From: Takakia lepidozioides
Taxonomy: Eukaryota; Plantae; Bryophyta
Direction: 5' to 3'
Length of the DNA stretch: 64,000 bases
Assembly: GCA_030704615.1 (NCBI GenBank)
Contig: CM060734.1
Coordinates: 38,998,001 to 39,062,000 of the forward strand
The notes under the pieces were generated by a model, which had not been told where the DNA came from, did no database searches, and saw nothing but the letters and a program-made list of their open reading frames with translations. Both the position numbers and the translations under genes were made by a program. Shown here piece by piece: positions 48,423 through 61,819 of the stretch. The stretch's first letter is position 1, and the number at the start of each line of letters is the position of its first letter.

Positions 48423-51400
48423 ATGGACGTAGGAGTGGAAGTCGACGACATGCAGCAATTTGAGAGCCGTCTTATACGCACTCTTAAACAAAGTTTGCAA
48501 ACACCGAAACCAGGACCTTTCAACAATAAGGACATCCATTGGAAGTGTGAAACGCAATATGGGTTTAGGGGGGTGCAAGTGCGTGTTAAAAAGGCCTGTA
48601 TACCTTGGGATAGAGTTGCGGACTTCGTCCATGGAGAGGAGAGTGTGGAGGACTCCCCCACTCAATATTGGGTACATGTGCACAGTAAAGTGGACGCCGG
48701 AGTGCAGAAAGCTCCCAGAGGGAACACCTTCTTGAGCAGTATCATGTGTGCACCATCCTCATTGTGGTTTAAGGATGTCACTACATTATTGTTGTGATTT
48801 GTATTTGTCTCCGACTGTGGCTTCCATAAGTCCATAGGTTGATATTTTGGCTTTTGAATTCCATTTGATAGGTATCAATGCTGCTACGGACCCGACGACA
48901 AGCGCACAGTCAATGCAACTGTCGAGGATCCAAAACAAAAACATGGAGGTCCGGATGTGGGTGCTGGCACTAAACACCCGCATAAAGGCCCAAGAAGGAA
49001 GAAGTCGGACTACGAAGAGTCGTACAAGCGCGGGTGCCTTTGTTGTTTCAAAGTGCAGCAATCTTATCTTGCCCCGGACATTTGTGTCCTCACATACTAC
49101 AACAACATGGAGCACGTGGATGCCCTAGGGAAACCCTCCCATGGCAAGACCGCAAAGTTCACGAACACACGGGGCAGCCTACGCACCCCGCATTAGCGAG
49201 GAATTGAAAGCCTGGGTTGTTGAGTGTTTGTGCCAAGGCCTCACGGTCGCACAAATCATGATGGAACATAAGGAGCACGTCATGAACAACACAGGTTTGG
49301 GAGATGCATGGACACGTGATGATTTCCTCCTCGAGCAAGATGTCCGCAACCTGGCTGAGAAACGGGGCGTGGCAGACGTTCAAAAAGCATGCCAACGATG
49401 CCAACAGCGTCCGCATATGGAAAGACCTGAACCCCGCATCAGTCTTCTTCTATCGAGAAGAAACATTGGCGCCAACCTTCAAGCATTACGATGGAGATTT
49501 GGCATTCACTATTGGCATTCAAATTGAGTGGCAGAAGCAGAGAATGCTTCAATTGGGACATGCGCGTATCGTTGCATGCGATGCAACCTTCGGGACAAAT
49601 CACCACAAGGTACGATTCATCCCTCTTACCATTTCTGCAAATCAATTGTTCGTAGGATGTTGCACATTGGAACCAACTGACATAGTGACATAGTGCATCT
49701 AAACAGTTCCCATTGTACGCGATGATGGTTTTCGACGAGTGGCTGAACGGTATACCAGTTGCGTATATCATATCCGTCAGGAATAGGACAACAGACCCGG
49801 TGCCATGGATGACAGCCTTGCGTGACCGACTCCACGCAGATATGCCGACCTAGCGACCCAATGCCTTCATTGTCGATGATGCGAACGATGAAATAAACGC
49901 TATAAGGTGAGTCTTCCATACCTCAACAAACACCCACTGTCGAAGTTCTCTGGCATGCAACTGTCATCATAGTGTGCTTTGGCAGAGTCTGTGGCAGAGT
50001 CGCGTGCGACAGTTCCCTGAGAGACTCGCATGCGCGAGTCTGCTGGCAGACTGGACTTGGACCAAGTCGCGTGGGCAAGCCCGACTCGTCCGATCAAGTC
50101 GCTGGCAGACTTGCCCGGCCGAGTCCGCTGGCAAACTCGTTAGGCCGAGTCCGCCAGAAGACTCGCAGGGGCGAGTCTGCTGGCACCCTTCATGGGTCTG
50201 CTGGCAGACTTGGGAGGGGAAGTCGGCCCGCCAGACCCGTAGGCAGTGTCTTGCGACCAAGTTCATTTAGGGGTTGGTGTGGAGTCTACTTTGGGCTACT
50301 CGGCTGGCAAACACGCCTGCGCTAGTACCCTGGCAGACTCGCATGCGCGAGTCCGCTGGCAGACTCGACTCGGAGAGTCCGCTGCACACTCGTGTGGGCG
50401 AGTCCGCTTGCAGTCAACGTACCAACTCCGCTGGCAGACTTGCGTGGGCGAGTCCGCTGGTACACTGAACGGGCCGAGTCCGCTGGCAGACTCTCCAGGC
50501 GGCGTCCGCCATAAGACTCGCAGGGCCGAGACCGCTGCACGCTTCATGGGTCCGCTAGCAGACTTGGGAGGGGAAGTCAGCCCGCCACACCCGCAGGCAG
50601 TGTCTTACCACCAAGTCCGTTTAGGGGTTGGTGTGAAGTCTGTTGGAGGTCTCCAGCACTCGGTTGGTGTCCACCGACCAGGATTCCCTCTGAAGTGCCT
50701 CATGTGGATGTGTTATGTGCAGGGTTGCTTTCAAAGGAGTCCTCATTTTCCTATGCCTTTGGCATGTCCGCAAGGCATGGGTAAAGCAATCATGCCAGAA
50801 GATCAAAGATCCCGTCACTGCAGCAAACGTGTTGAAGGATATGGGAGACCTCATGTACTGTAGAGGTGGACCAAGCGATCCCAAAAAAACGCTTCTATGG
50901 GTTGCCAAAACAATCTGGGACATGAGAAAGAAATATCGGAATGCCCGGGAATTTTTAAAGTACATCGACAAGGAATGGTCTCCTAAAATAGCAATGTGGT
51001 GTATTGCTGCTCGTCATATTCCACATGCCAGTCAAGACACAAATGCTAGCATTGAGGCATACCATGGAAACTTGAAGGCTAGACTGAGGATGGGGAAAGG
51101 CAAAATGACTGGTCGAAGAGTCGATTGGCTAATATGGGAACTCACGGGCCGTGTGCTCACACACTACTGGTACGCAATTCATTTGAAGACGCATGGGTTC
51201 ATACGCAATGACAAACAGGAAAAATACATATCTAGCTCTGTGCTAGCGGCTAGGGACATTCCAGCAAGCAATATGACTCTACCCTTGGTGGAAGGACAAC
51301 CAGCGTATGTGCTAAGCAACAATCACCCAGACACAACCTACTTTGTTTCCAACCCTAGATCGGATTGGGCTTCTTGCACTTGCCCATGGGCAATGAAAGG

Positions 51401-51930
51401 CAATTTGTGCAAACACCAAGTGAAAGTGCTGAAGTTGTTTCATCCCGACTTGCAGGATGGACTCATAGTGCGTGCATGTGGCACGGCGCTCGGAACCATA
51501 CATGGAGGATTGCATAATCTGCTGTTGGATAAAACGACTATTGCAGGAGAGGTTGGTGCAATGGACAGACCTGTGGAGGATTGTGACTTCGCACCCCCCG
51601 AGGAACCCGTCTACGTCCCACTGAGTATGGCCGAAGAATGGTCAGATATACTTCGTATTGTGGGTGATGAAAAGTACCTCGAGACACATATGTGTCGTGC
51701 CTTCGAATCTGTAGAGGGCAGCTTATTGATATCTTGGCCAAAAGTGCTGCTGGGATGCTACATCCTCGTGCAACAAAACCTTTCCAACCTGTTGACGACA
51801 ATAATAATTTGTCTCTGAAAAGGAAGAGGGATTTTGTTGAAGCATGAAAAACCCGACCCAGAGTCTTGCGGAGAACGTGCAATAGGGTGTATGCCCCAAC
51901 ACCTGCAACGAAAATATACTCTAGAATTGT
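48423..51930 (+). pseudogene. MULE-family transposase with SWIM zinc finger; exons ~48423-48745, 48872-49609, 49707-49906, 50723-~51930; frameshifts in exon 2
   Basis: KRGC.C.F.V, ACDATFGTN (D1), FIVDDA..EI.AI (D2), LCLWHVRKAW (CxxH), TNASIEAYH..LK (E), CTCPWAMKGNLCKH (SWIM); GT-AG introns. Confidence 0.88.
49980..50645. repeat. Intronic array of quasi-palindromic AGTCYGCTGGCAGACT motifs (~26-bp period) in two higher-order blocks
   Basis: Motif or variants at 50037, 50097, 50123, 50148, 50174, 50350, 50425, 50451, 50477; both blocks end ttaggggttggtgtg.agtct. Confidence 0.85.
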
Positions 51931-52899
51931 TAAGATTTCAGACCGTTGGGCGGGACCCAAGTAGACAGCATACTCACACAGCAAAACAATGTTATGCCAT
52001 CATATTCCATGCAGAGAAATAAAAGGTCCACAATCTGCTTGAGAGTGCATACATGTTTGCATCATTAACAGCCTGGAAGTGCATTCCATCAAAGCTTAGA
52101 GCGCCCCACCGTCCAGTTGCGGAAGACTAGGCATTCTGCTCAACAGACCGTGGAAATGGCCAAACAGACTACTAAGCAGACTGCACAAGTACAGAATAAC
52201 ACTGCCAAGTCTGCTGATGGTTTTTGGCTAACAGACTGGGTGGTCCAGCAGACATACAGTATGGACAGACTGTGTGGTCTTCTGCACTGTCCATCGAACT
52301 GCTCCCACGGAGCGTACTCGCCCAGACACGGAGCCCAACTGCACACATATACACTATGCATCAACGTGCCACACACTCTGCCGAGCAGACTGATGAGCGG
52401 CCAGCAGACTGCGCGACAGACTTCTCAGCATGCAACAGACTAGCCGGCAGACTGCTCAGCGGCCAACAGACTACGCGGCAGACTGGTTAAACAGACGGAG
52501 ACTGTTGTAGTCTGCTAATAGTAGTTAATAGTAGAACCAAGTAGTCTGCTCAACTGAGGACATGGGGTGGTTGTCTACTGGACTGTATTGTTCGGCCATT
52601 GTACGACTTCTTTTGACAAACTTGCATAGGTGGGAACAGTACGAGTGCATGTAGGCCTTCATCTCAGAAAATATTACATACATTCAGAAAATGAATTGAA
52701 ACAACATTGAATGTATATATTTATTTCCTCAATGGAGCAGTTTATCCGTATCGTCCAAACCACGGCAAATATACTTTACACACTGCAATCGTTGCAGTAA
52801 CAGAAACCTGAAATTAAACCACCTTGGTGTGAAGGCTTGTCCTCTCTCTTTGGTTTTCTGCCTATCACCTTTCAGCCAATCGTAATACCCTTCAATGAA

Positions 52900-55555
52900 A
52901 GACATCACGTAAAACCCACACTCCCAACTGAAAGGTTGTTGGGTACTTTGGGAGAGTTGAACTGAAATGCCATTACTTCATCCCATTGTGGAGTCCCAAC
53001 AGCATATCCAAGGCACCCTGCATGCACCTTCCGAATCCAGCCAAGGAGTTGTATGCAAGTATGCACCATGCTATTCCTAGCAGCTACATGTATGGACATC
53101 AATCGCCGGAAACGACTTTCAATCCTGCACATACAGTCAGACACCACTCATTCCACATTGTCCAAAACATCAGTCTGTTGCACAGTCTTTAGCAGACCGA
53201 TGATGGGAACAGATTGCCAGAAAGTCCAGAAACCAAAGTCAAGGGAGACTCTTAGCAGACCGACCAACAAACCTGACATTCGACAAAGTCGACAAACACA
53301 ACTGTGGGGCACAGTCACAGCAGACCGAGTACAGGCCTTACAAGACTGCAGATAGGAAGTCAGTAGACTGCCAGAAGATACATACATGCAAAGGCAACTT
53401 TAAAAGAATACGACCGAACAGCAGACACATACGACTTACTTCTTTGACGCAAGTAACTTTGTCACCTCCTTGTCCATGTCCAAACACAATTGGCGGTCCT
53501 TGTTCATAAACACATCTGACTAGCTTGTCCTGGCTGGTCTTTTTTGAACATGACCGTCACCAGTCTCCTTGACCGCCTCAATGACCGGACATTTTAGGGC
53601 TTTTCCCCTTTCTGCTCGGACGGAGGTGCTCTCTACCGCAATGTCTGGGACGACTTGCCCAGACTGCCGCAATATTGCAGCTCTGTTGCATAGCAGAAGA
53701 ACGTTAGTCGGTTTGTTGACACTTGCCGGTCCAGTCCTCGCAGCCTCATGAATGGCATGCGTTGAACTAACACGAGAACCGGGCGGTGTGAGCAGACCGC
53801 CTGCCTTTGTTGTTGACCCAACATTGGCAGGAGCAGGAGCAAACGGAGACGGCAAAGACAAAGTCTGCTTGCGGATGTCCTCAACTGTCGCCTCGTTGAA
53901 ACTCTCATAGGCGGGTTGTACAGCAGTCTGCTGGACATACTTTGAAGAAGTCTCTTTGGAAAACTCAAGTGCAGTCATCTGTTCAGTCTGCTGGAGAGGT
54001 TTTGCTGCAGTCTGCTGGGGTGTGTCTACTGAAGTCACCCGGAGAGACTCATGTGCAGTCCGGTGGGCAGGGCCTACTTCTGTAGTCTCCTGGGCAGACT
54101 CATGCGCAGTCTGGTGGGACGGGTCTACTGCTGCAGTCACCTGGGCAGACTCATGGGCCGTCTGGTGGGACGGGTCTGCTGCTGCTGTCACTTGGGCAGA
54201 CTCATGCGCAGTCTGGTGGGCAAGGTCTGCTGCTGCATTCACCTGGGCAGACTCATGTATAGTTGGGTGGGCAGAGTCTGCTGCAGTCTTCCGGACAGAC
54301 TCTCTAAGCAGGGCAGTCACCTCGGGGGAGTCTTGTGTTATCTGCTGACCAGAGTCTTATGAACTCGTCTGAGCAGACCTGTGCGTAGTCTCTTGGGCAT
54401 AGTATTGTGGAGTCTGGTGGAAGGGATTCTCAGACGCAAGAGCAGACTCATGGGCAGTCTTGCGGATACTCTGTTGGGCATGGGAGTCATCTGCAGTCTC
54501 CGGGGCAATGTCGTTGGCAGACTCCGGAACAATGTCATCTGCACCAATGGCAGTCTCCAGCCTAGTCTGCTCGACAACTCCCCGTGCAGTCTGCTGGACA
54601 GTCTCTTGCCCTTTATCCTGGTTAGTCTCCTGGGCGGTGTACTCTACAGTGTCCAGGGTAGTCTCCTCTCTCGTCGTCTGTGCACTCCCATTGGCAGTTT
54701 TGTCAGTCTGCTGCCTGTCCTGCTCTGCCATACGGTGGTTCTGGTCTTGTAGGCACACCAGCAGACTATCAATTTCACCATCAAGTAAGTTTTGAGGGTC
54801 TGCTGACAGAACAAACTCGGGGTTGAAAGCGGTGGGAAGGGTGCAATCAGAGAAGGTTGGCTTGAATTCCCTCATCGGATTCTGCTGTAAGGTCTATGAT
54901 GCGGTTTACTGGTCTACAGGTCGGTTTGCTCACTTCAAATTCATCGATGACTCTCGTCAGTGAACGAACAAAGACAGAGCTAAGCTCAAAAGTCATACAG
55001 GATGATGGATACTGAGGATTTACCGAGGTCGTAGCATGCATCATTCCATCTTCAATCGTTAGGCAAATGTCACCCAGCCCTGGTCCAAGGTCTTTCAGGT
55101 CTGGAGCCCCTCTGAAGCACCCGCATGATGGGGGAGGGAAGTTCGTCCAGCGGTTTAATGCTGTCCCAGCCTTCTTCCACCCATTGAAACAAGGTAAAAG
55201 TATGAAAACACTCGTTCTCCTTTGCAGGGTCCAGGCCCAAAGCATGTGGCCCCCACTCTTCATTAGGAGCGCACAGGAATCTTGACCTGAGAACAACAGT
55301 GTTAGGATGTTTTGCAGCTGCACTGTTGGTGTCGTTGTAAAAGCCAGACCAGCCCACTCTACCTGCGGATACATGCACTGTAAGAATGATGTCTCATGTT
55401 GTGGATTTTGACCAATCCACCAAGGCTTCCAATCCGGAGATGCGAGTACCCACGATGCCAGTAATATCTCCTACCAACTCTTTGTGAGTGTCGACATCAA
55501 CTACAGCTTCCTCTTGCAGCCAGGAGCTGCCTACTCCTTCTTGAGCGTCTGACAT
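52900..55555 (-). pseudogene. Putative MULE accessory gene of unknown function with 17-aa (51-bp) internal repeats
   Basis: Chain of long minus ORFs (55394..55771, 55070..55378, 54847..55374, 54357..54875, 53520..54320, 52905..53147) convergent with the transposase; AAAD.SHQTAHESAQVT repeats at 54092, 54143, 54194, 54245. Confidence 0.5.
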
Positions 55556-57249
55556 TGGTAAGTGAGAGAGGCGGAAGTGAAAGAGGCTACAAGACGAGGC
55601 AGATGGATGAGGGAGAGTGCGGAGGAGGCAATGGGGGGTCTGAGGAAACAGAAGGAGTTTGGGAGTGCTGAATGGCAATGTGGTGTGTGGAGAGTATGTG
55701 TTCAGTGAGGCTGGAGAACATGACATTTTGAGGGGGAAAATCATGTGTTGCACGGTTTCGGATGGCCACATGCATCTTCAGGACTAAAGGGATGCGATTT
55801 GAATACTGATTCCATCATAGGTGAGGTGCGCATTGGTCCACATCACATGCACATAACATGCATGAAGTGGAGGCAATGTCTCTCATTGGCAGCCTCCACC
55901 CACATGAGAGTAGGGCGGGAAATAGCGGCGGGTGCTTGTGAGGGATGCTTCCTTTTGAATTGGCATTGCCACACTAGTATGTCAGTATATTCATTCTGGG
56001 TGGGCTGTTTTGTTCACATATGTGGTTGAAGAGGCATTATATTTCTTGCTTTCTGAACGGACTGCAGTGGGGCTAGTATTGTTGCATTTTCTGATGGACA
56101 GAAAGCGTAGTCTTCATATCTTTGATTCTTTGGGGTCCGAATGAACTTCTCTCCACGTCGTTCTTTGTTACCTCAGTGGCAGCTCTGTCCTTTGCTCTGT
56201 AATCATATAAATAATAACATTCCATGGGCATTGTATTGCTGCAGGTTGTGCATGCTCCCTTTTATGTGGAACACAAGTATGGATGATAGTTCTTTCTGAC
56301 CTTATATATTGGACGCCAGAGAGCCATGAAAAATATTTCTTTCAACCTCAAATGCAGGTCCTTTGCTAAGGCAACAATACCAACTTCAAATGAAAGAGTT
56401 GTACATGGCCAGCGAATCAAAATAGGTATTCAACTGCAATGTAAATGTGTAAATTCGGAATGCCATCTTCAATTGCAGATGGTTGCCTCAGGAATGAATA
56501 AAAAACTTCGACCCCAAACATTTCAACAACATCTCCTGATTCGAAATACCTACTAAACTGCAGTGACTCAAAGCCCACATCCGAACTCGCACCAAGTTGA
56601 ACTACATCCCACCTCACATGAAAAAGTCACAGAAGGCTAGAAACAGAAAGAGAATCCGCCGTGTATCTGATGTCATTCAGAATGAGCCGGTTAAGCGTGA
56701 ACCCTAAACCGTAAACCTCACTTTCCAGACACAATTCTAAAGTGCATTGTGAATAAACATGTATTATCCCCCCTCAGACCTGTAGGCCATGCACATCACA
56801 TACTTCAGACCCGGGGGCCATATTGCATGCATGCACCCCAAGTTGCAAACATTCTTCACTCGGAACTCCACCTATTGCACATTTTCAATGCGTAGCAGTT
56901 GTACATGGGTTGTTCATATGGAAGTACTCTGTCAGTACGCCCGTGCATGTGCAAGTAAGATGTGAGAACCTGCAAAACGGTAGACATTGCCTGAAAATGT
57001 GGAGCTGAAAATGGAAATGAAATTGCAGTACCGGTAGTGTTGTCAGCCACATGCTTCCTTAGCCCAATCCACTTGAAGTTCAAAATGGAAAGAAGGCACA
57101 TCCAGCAGCTGCTCAACCATCTCACCGTCTCATTTGCTCCTTGTAGACACAAACAGGCCCTAGTTCATTATATGGACTGTAGGGATTCCAGGAATATGGT
57201 GCCTTACCTGAAGTCCTTCAGCCGGTGTACAACCTCTTCCTGCTCCTGG

Positions 57250-59800
57250 TGGCAGACAAAACAGATGGGAGATTGCCTGTATAGCCATGCCTCTCTAGAA
57301 AGTCTTTGTACCGTGCAAGTGACTTTCCATTCCCATCATCCACAGTAGTCATAACTGGGTCTTCACCAGGGTACTAAAGACCCTCCTCCATCATTTCCCT
57401 TCGTAGCTCTCACCAATGCAAAAAGATGTTGTTGGAGTAGTGTGCTGGTATCTGTCAGTTGAGGAATACTTTCCCACTCTGTAAAGATAAGGGCAAGTAG
57501 CTGGTTGGGCAATGGACTTGTACCAGCGGATGTTTTGTGAGCCATAGAAGGGGAGGTCAGACCTGGGGGGGTTTGTGAAGACGAAGGCATGGAAGAGGGG
57601 GACTGATGGGCAGCTAGCAAGTTGTGGATGCCACCTTTACATGTGCCCAATAGGGATCCGCACCACTTTGCAATCAGCCCGTCCTCCACATGGGGGTGGA
57701 GCATCTTCAAAACCTTTACCTGGTGTGCATACATATTTCCTTTCTGGGCCCAATGACAATCACAGCAACCCCACTTAGAATCCGGATTGTGGATAGTATA
57801 TGTCATACCCAAATGGCGGTGGCATTGAACTATTGCAATGCCTCCGGGTGTGTCAGGCAGGTGCACATTCGCATCTAGAATGTCGTTGGCAAGCAAAATA
57901 GAAGTACAAACAAATCCCTCCTGCCACTTGTTTCGGATGAACCCATAAGCCTTCACATGTGACATGTACCAGTAATGGGTTAGCACATCACCTGTCAGTT
58001 CAGAGATGAGCCAATCCACCCGCCTACTTCATCCACATTTTGGCTTTTGGAAGCCACTCTATCTCCATGTAGGTGCAAAATTCTGTCTCAGAAGGGTACT
58101 TCTCCCGCATGTCCCGAATTTTGAATACGGCCCATGCTTCACCTGCATCCCCAGGTCTCCTTTCTATCATACATGATCTGTGCCAGGTCTTGTAAGATAG
58201 CCGCTCGCAATACTGGGTCTTTCACCTTTGCTACAACATTCGTCTGCCAGGCTCGGCGAACATGCCACAAGCACAAGAAAACAACACAATCCCCCCACAC
58301 AGATCTGTTCTCTTATCAGGCAGGTAAGCTAAAATTCATGTGTAACTAGGAGATCATGGTAGGTATATTGCCTGAGTTCATAGACGTACCTAATTGCAGC
58401 AATTTCAGCATCTGCGTCATCCACAATAAAGGCATTCGGACGCCAGTCTACCTACAGACTTATCATTTGTTTGTTAAGTGCCTCCATCCAAGGCGTAAGA
58501 TCGATGGTTTTGCACCTTGCAGTGATAATGTAACCACTAGAATACCATTCAGCCAGTCGTTGAATACCATCATGGTATACAAGGGGTATTGCAGCAATAA
58601 TCATGTGTAACTGAAGTTAGTTCAAAGGAAATGGTACGAGAACAGAAAAGTTCACATGAAGAACATAATTTGACAAGCTTTGAGGACATTTGGGTTAAGA
58701 AACTGCCGCAACCTTCTTTTCATTCGTCCCAAAGGGTGCATCATAAGCAACTATGCGACGATGGCCGTGTTTGAGCATTTGTTTTTTCTGCCAATCAGTT
58801 TGTATGCCAAGCACAAATGGAAGGTCCGGTTTTCGGTCATTCAACGTCCACGCAGGGTGATTACACTCTTCATGGTAGTAGAAAACGCTTGCCGGGTTTT
58901 CATGCACCCACATTCGGACATTTTGTGCATCATTGGAGTGCTTTTTGAAAGTTTCTTCATCGCACTTGTTGGCAATATTTCGGATGTCACTTGAAAGAAG
59001 GAAGATATCACGAGTATCCTCCAACCCCCCATCCATGATATATCCCTCACCCTCTGCGTGTGCTTTGCCATTATCTTGTTGATGCTTAGTCCCAGACGTA
59101 GGTTATGTAACACCCATGAATTCATGTCATTGCTCAAGTGGGGAGCTAATGAAATACGACCTAGTTGCTGAGTGGGTCCATGGCAGACCTCTCCAGCCCC
59201 TTTGACATGTCTCTTTTCATAATAGACCAGCTCTGCAATATCAGGGTCCACATAGCATTGCTTCACTACAAACTTGCACATGCATCCCCTCTTGATTCCT
59301 TCCCCCGATTTTGTTTGTGTGGTCCTTGCTTGTTTTGGCTTTGCTTCAGTGGAAGCGGCTGTGACTCTTGGCTTCCTCCCCTTCTTCTTTGCATTTGCTC
59401 GGCGTTTCTTGTGTGCCATTGCAGGGGTAATCCAAGAGGGCCGTAGTTCTGTCCTCTGGACCATATGAGCAGTGATACCTACAACCACAAACTACATTCC
59501 GTTACTATCACTCTAAGGGGACTCAGGCACTCTCTGCATTCATGGAAATCATGGAATAGGCATTGCAACACATGAACGGCAGCCCAAGATGTACCTTGTT
59601 ATAATCAAAGCACTGTTGGTGCGAGGAGCTAACAGAGATCCCTCCATATGGCCTCTTTGGTGATGCCTGTGGAAAGTGCATGGGCCATATGTACGGGAGG
59701 ATTCCCCAGTAATGAAATCAGCAACACGATTCCATGGAATTTAGGCAACTTGGGCTGAGTCTTGGCCAATAGGCTTGCCATGCCATTGCAAACGCCACTG
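57250..59800 (-). pseudogene. Second, diverged MULE/SWIM transposase (frameshifts; catalytic-Glu region deleted near 58030)
   Basis: KRGCMCKFVVK, AYDAPFGTN, FIVDDADAEIAAI, LCLWHVRRAW, DWLISELTG.VLTHYWY, CDCHWAQKGNMYAH; similar intron layout to the plus-strand copy. Confidence 0.85.
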
Positions 59801-60184
59801 CAGTACATGATGGTTGAAAGCACCTACATTTGGCAGTTGCACTTGGTTTCGAAGCAGCAAAACAAGATGGGACACGATGGATTCAGATTTCTCGCCAACC
59901 AACATGTCGATTTGCAATTCAAAGAGGAGGCGGTGCTGTTACAGGCTGAACGTAAGGTTTCCTGGTGACAGAACCATTTCAGACACGAAGCTACAGGAGG
60001 GTGATTCCATGGAGACTCGCCTTTGATTACACATCCATTTGTACTCTCATGCATCTGATTACACATCCATCCTACTCTCATCCATCTTATTGCACATACA
60101 TCCTACTCTCATCCATCCATACCTACACACATTGATCCTAAATCTCACAAGTAGACGAACAGTCATGTCCATTAAATAATACTA

Positions 60185-60508
60185 AATTTCAAATTTGAAA
60201 TTGCCTCTCATTTTACAATAATAGGGTCATGAACGCAAGCGTGCGAGAAGGACGGTGGGCCCGTCGTCCGGACAACGGGCACCCCCCCACCCGCGCCCAC
60301 CCGCCCGCTGCTGCCCACGATCGCCCACGCCCGCCGCTGATGCCGCGGCTGCCCTTCCGGGGTCCGTCCATCGGCCTATCCGCTGCGGCGGGTCCGCTGG
60401 GGCTAGTCCGCTCCCACTAGTCCGCGTGTCCGCGTGTCCGCCCGCCCGCAAGATTTGGGCTGTCCAGGACGAATCCCATCGCAGCCCTCCAATTTAGGGC
60501 CTTATCTC
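60185..60508 (+). repeat. Second copy of the repeat ending CCTTATCTC (candidate MULE terminus upstream of the minus-strand transposase)
   Basis: See 48015-48300. Confidence 0.85.
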
Positions 60509-61819
60509 GCCATTGCCGTCAAGATGTCGTTCTTTGTTGTTTGAAACTGCGGTGCGTGCGGGCGGTAGTCGGCCTGGCACAGTGTTTGTGTCTTTGTGTT
60601 TTTGTGACATTTTGTCATGATGTGGAAGGGCAGGAGAGGAGTCGGAGCCCTATAGCCACCATCGTGCATATGTTTCCACTATTTTCGTCATTTTTTTGTT
60701 GGCCGTTTTTGCGATTTCATTGTACATGTAATGTGTTTTGCCCACTTGATTCTCTGTCCGGTCATCGCAAAATGGCCAATGTGTTGTTAGGGTTTATTCC
60801 AATGGGCGGACCGATTACAATCCTGCCTAAAGACGACCTTAGTTTACATTTGGGATATGGTGTCGTTCAATTTTATAATTATTCATGTTGAGGTAGCCGC
60901 ATCCGTCCGTCAGATCACCTCCTCAGTCTAGAACGGTAACCATGGGCAAGATGATAGCGAAAATTGCCGAAGCATATGCACATGAAGGCGTGTAAAAACA
61001 TTGCAGATTCCATATTCAGCCATGAACTGTTATGTGTGTCTTGGGCAGAGTTATCGTCAGTCTGTCAATTGTGTCTGCTGGGCTGTGTTAGCCTGAGACT
61101 CCTGAACTATCTCACATCTGCAGTATGGGTCTCCCTGTAAAAAAGTTGGGTTCGACAGCCAATACTTGTCGGCCTGGATACCCATATGTCTATTGCTTCG
61201 TTAGTCTTGCTTCGTTGGTGTGGTAATCGGAGCCTCTTCGGGAGGCTGTGTCCTCACATCGGCCTGGAATATGTTTGCGAGTCTGTTACGATGTTTAGTC
61301 TGTCCTGACAACGGTCTTGCGGCGTCTGTGTACGTTGGTCTGTTGTGAGAAACTGTGAAACCATGTTGCCACGTCGAAAATTTGGCTGTACACCCTTCCG
61401 TCTGCCAGTCTGTTATCCTGCCAGTCTTTTCAGCTAGTCTGTTGTCTCTGTCGCACCATCAGTCTAGTCTGCCTGCAGCTTGTTACAAAGGGCGACGGAA
61501 CAATGACCATGTTGACCTGCCAGTCTGGGGGGTCCGTCCGTCCTGCAGGGGGGTCAGGCAAAAACGCGTCAGGCAAGCTCTGCTCGGGATGCAAACATTG
61601 CGGGCCTACGTGGGAGTCCGCCCGTTGCGCGTCAGACCAGAAGGTCCCGGCAGACTATACCCATCAGTTCCTCCAGTGAGTCTGAGTCTGCCGATGTTCT
61701 GCCCCGCCGGTCTGCCGAGCGTACCGACAACATCATCCGAAATAATGACTTCGAACGGCAAGGTCCACTGTCCAGTGCAGTGGATATTGCCTTATCTGAA
61801 AGGACAAACTTGGACACGC

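Noticed and set aside
49980-50645. CRISPR-like repeat-spacer appearance
   Set aside because: Spacers are ~10 nt and self-similar, repeats are degenerate, it lies in a eukaryotic intron, and there are no cas genes.
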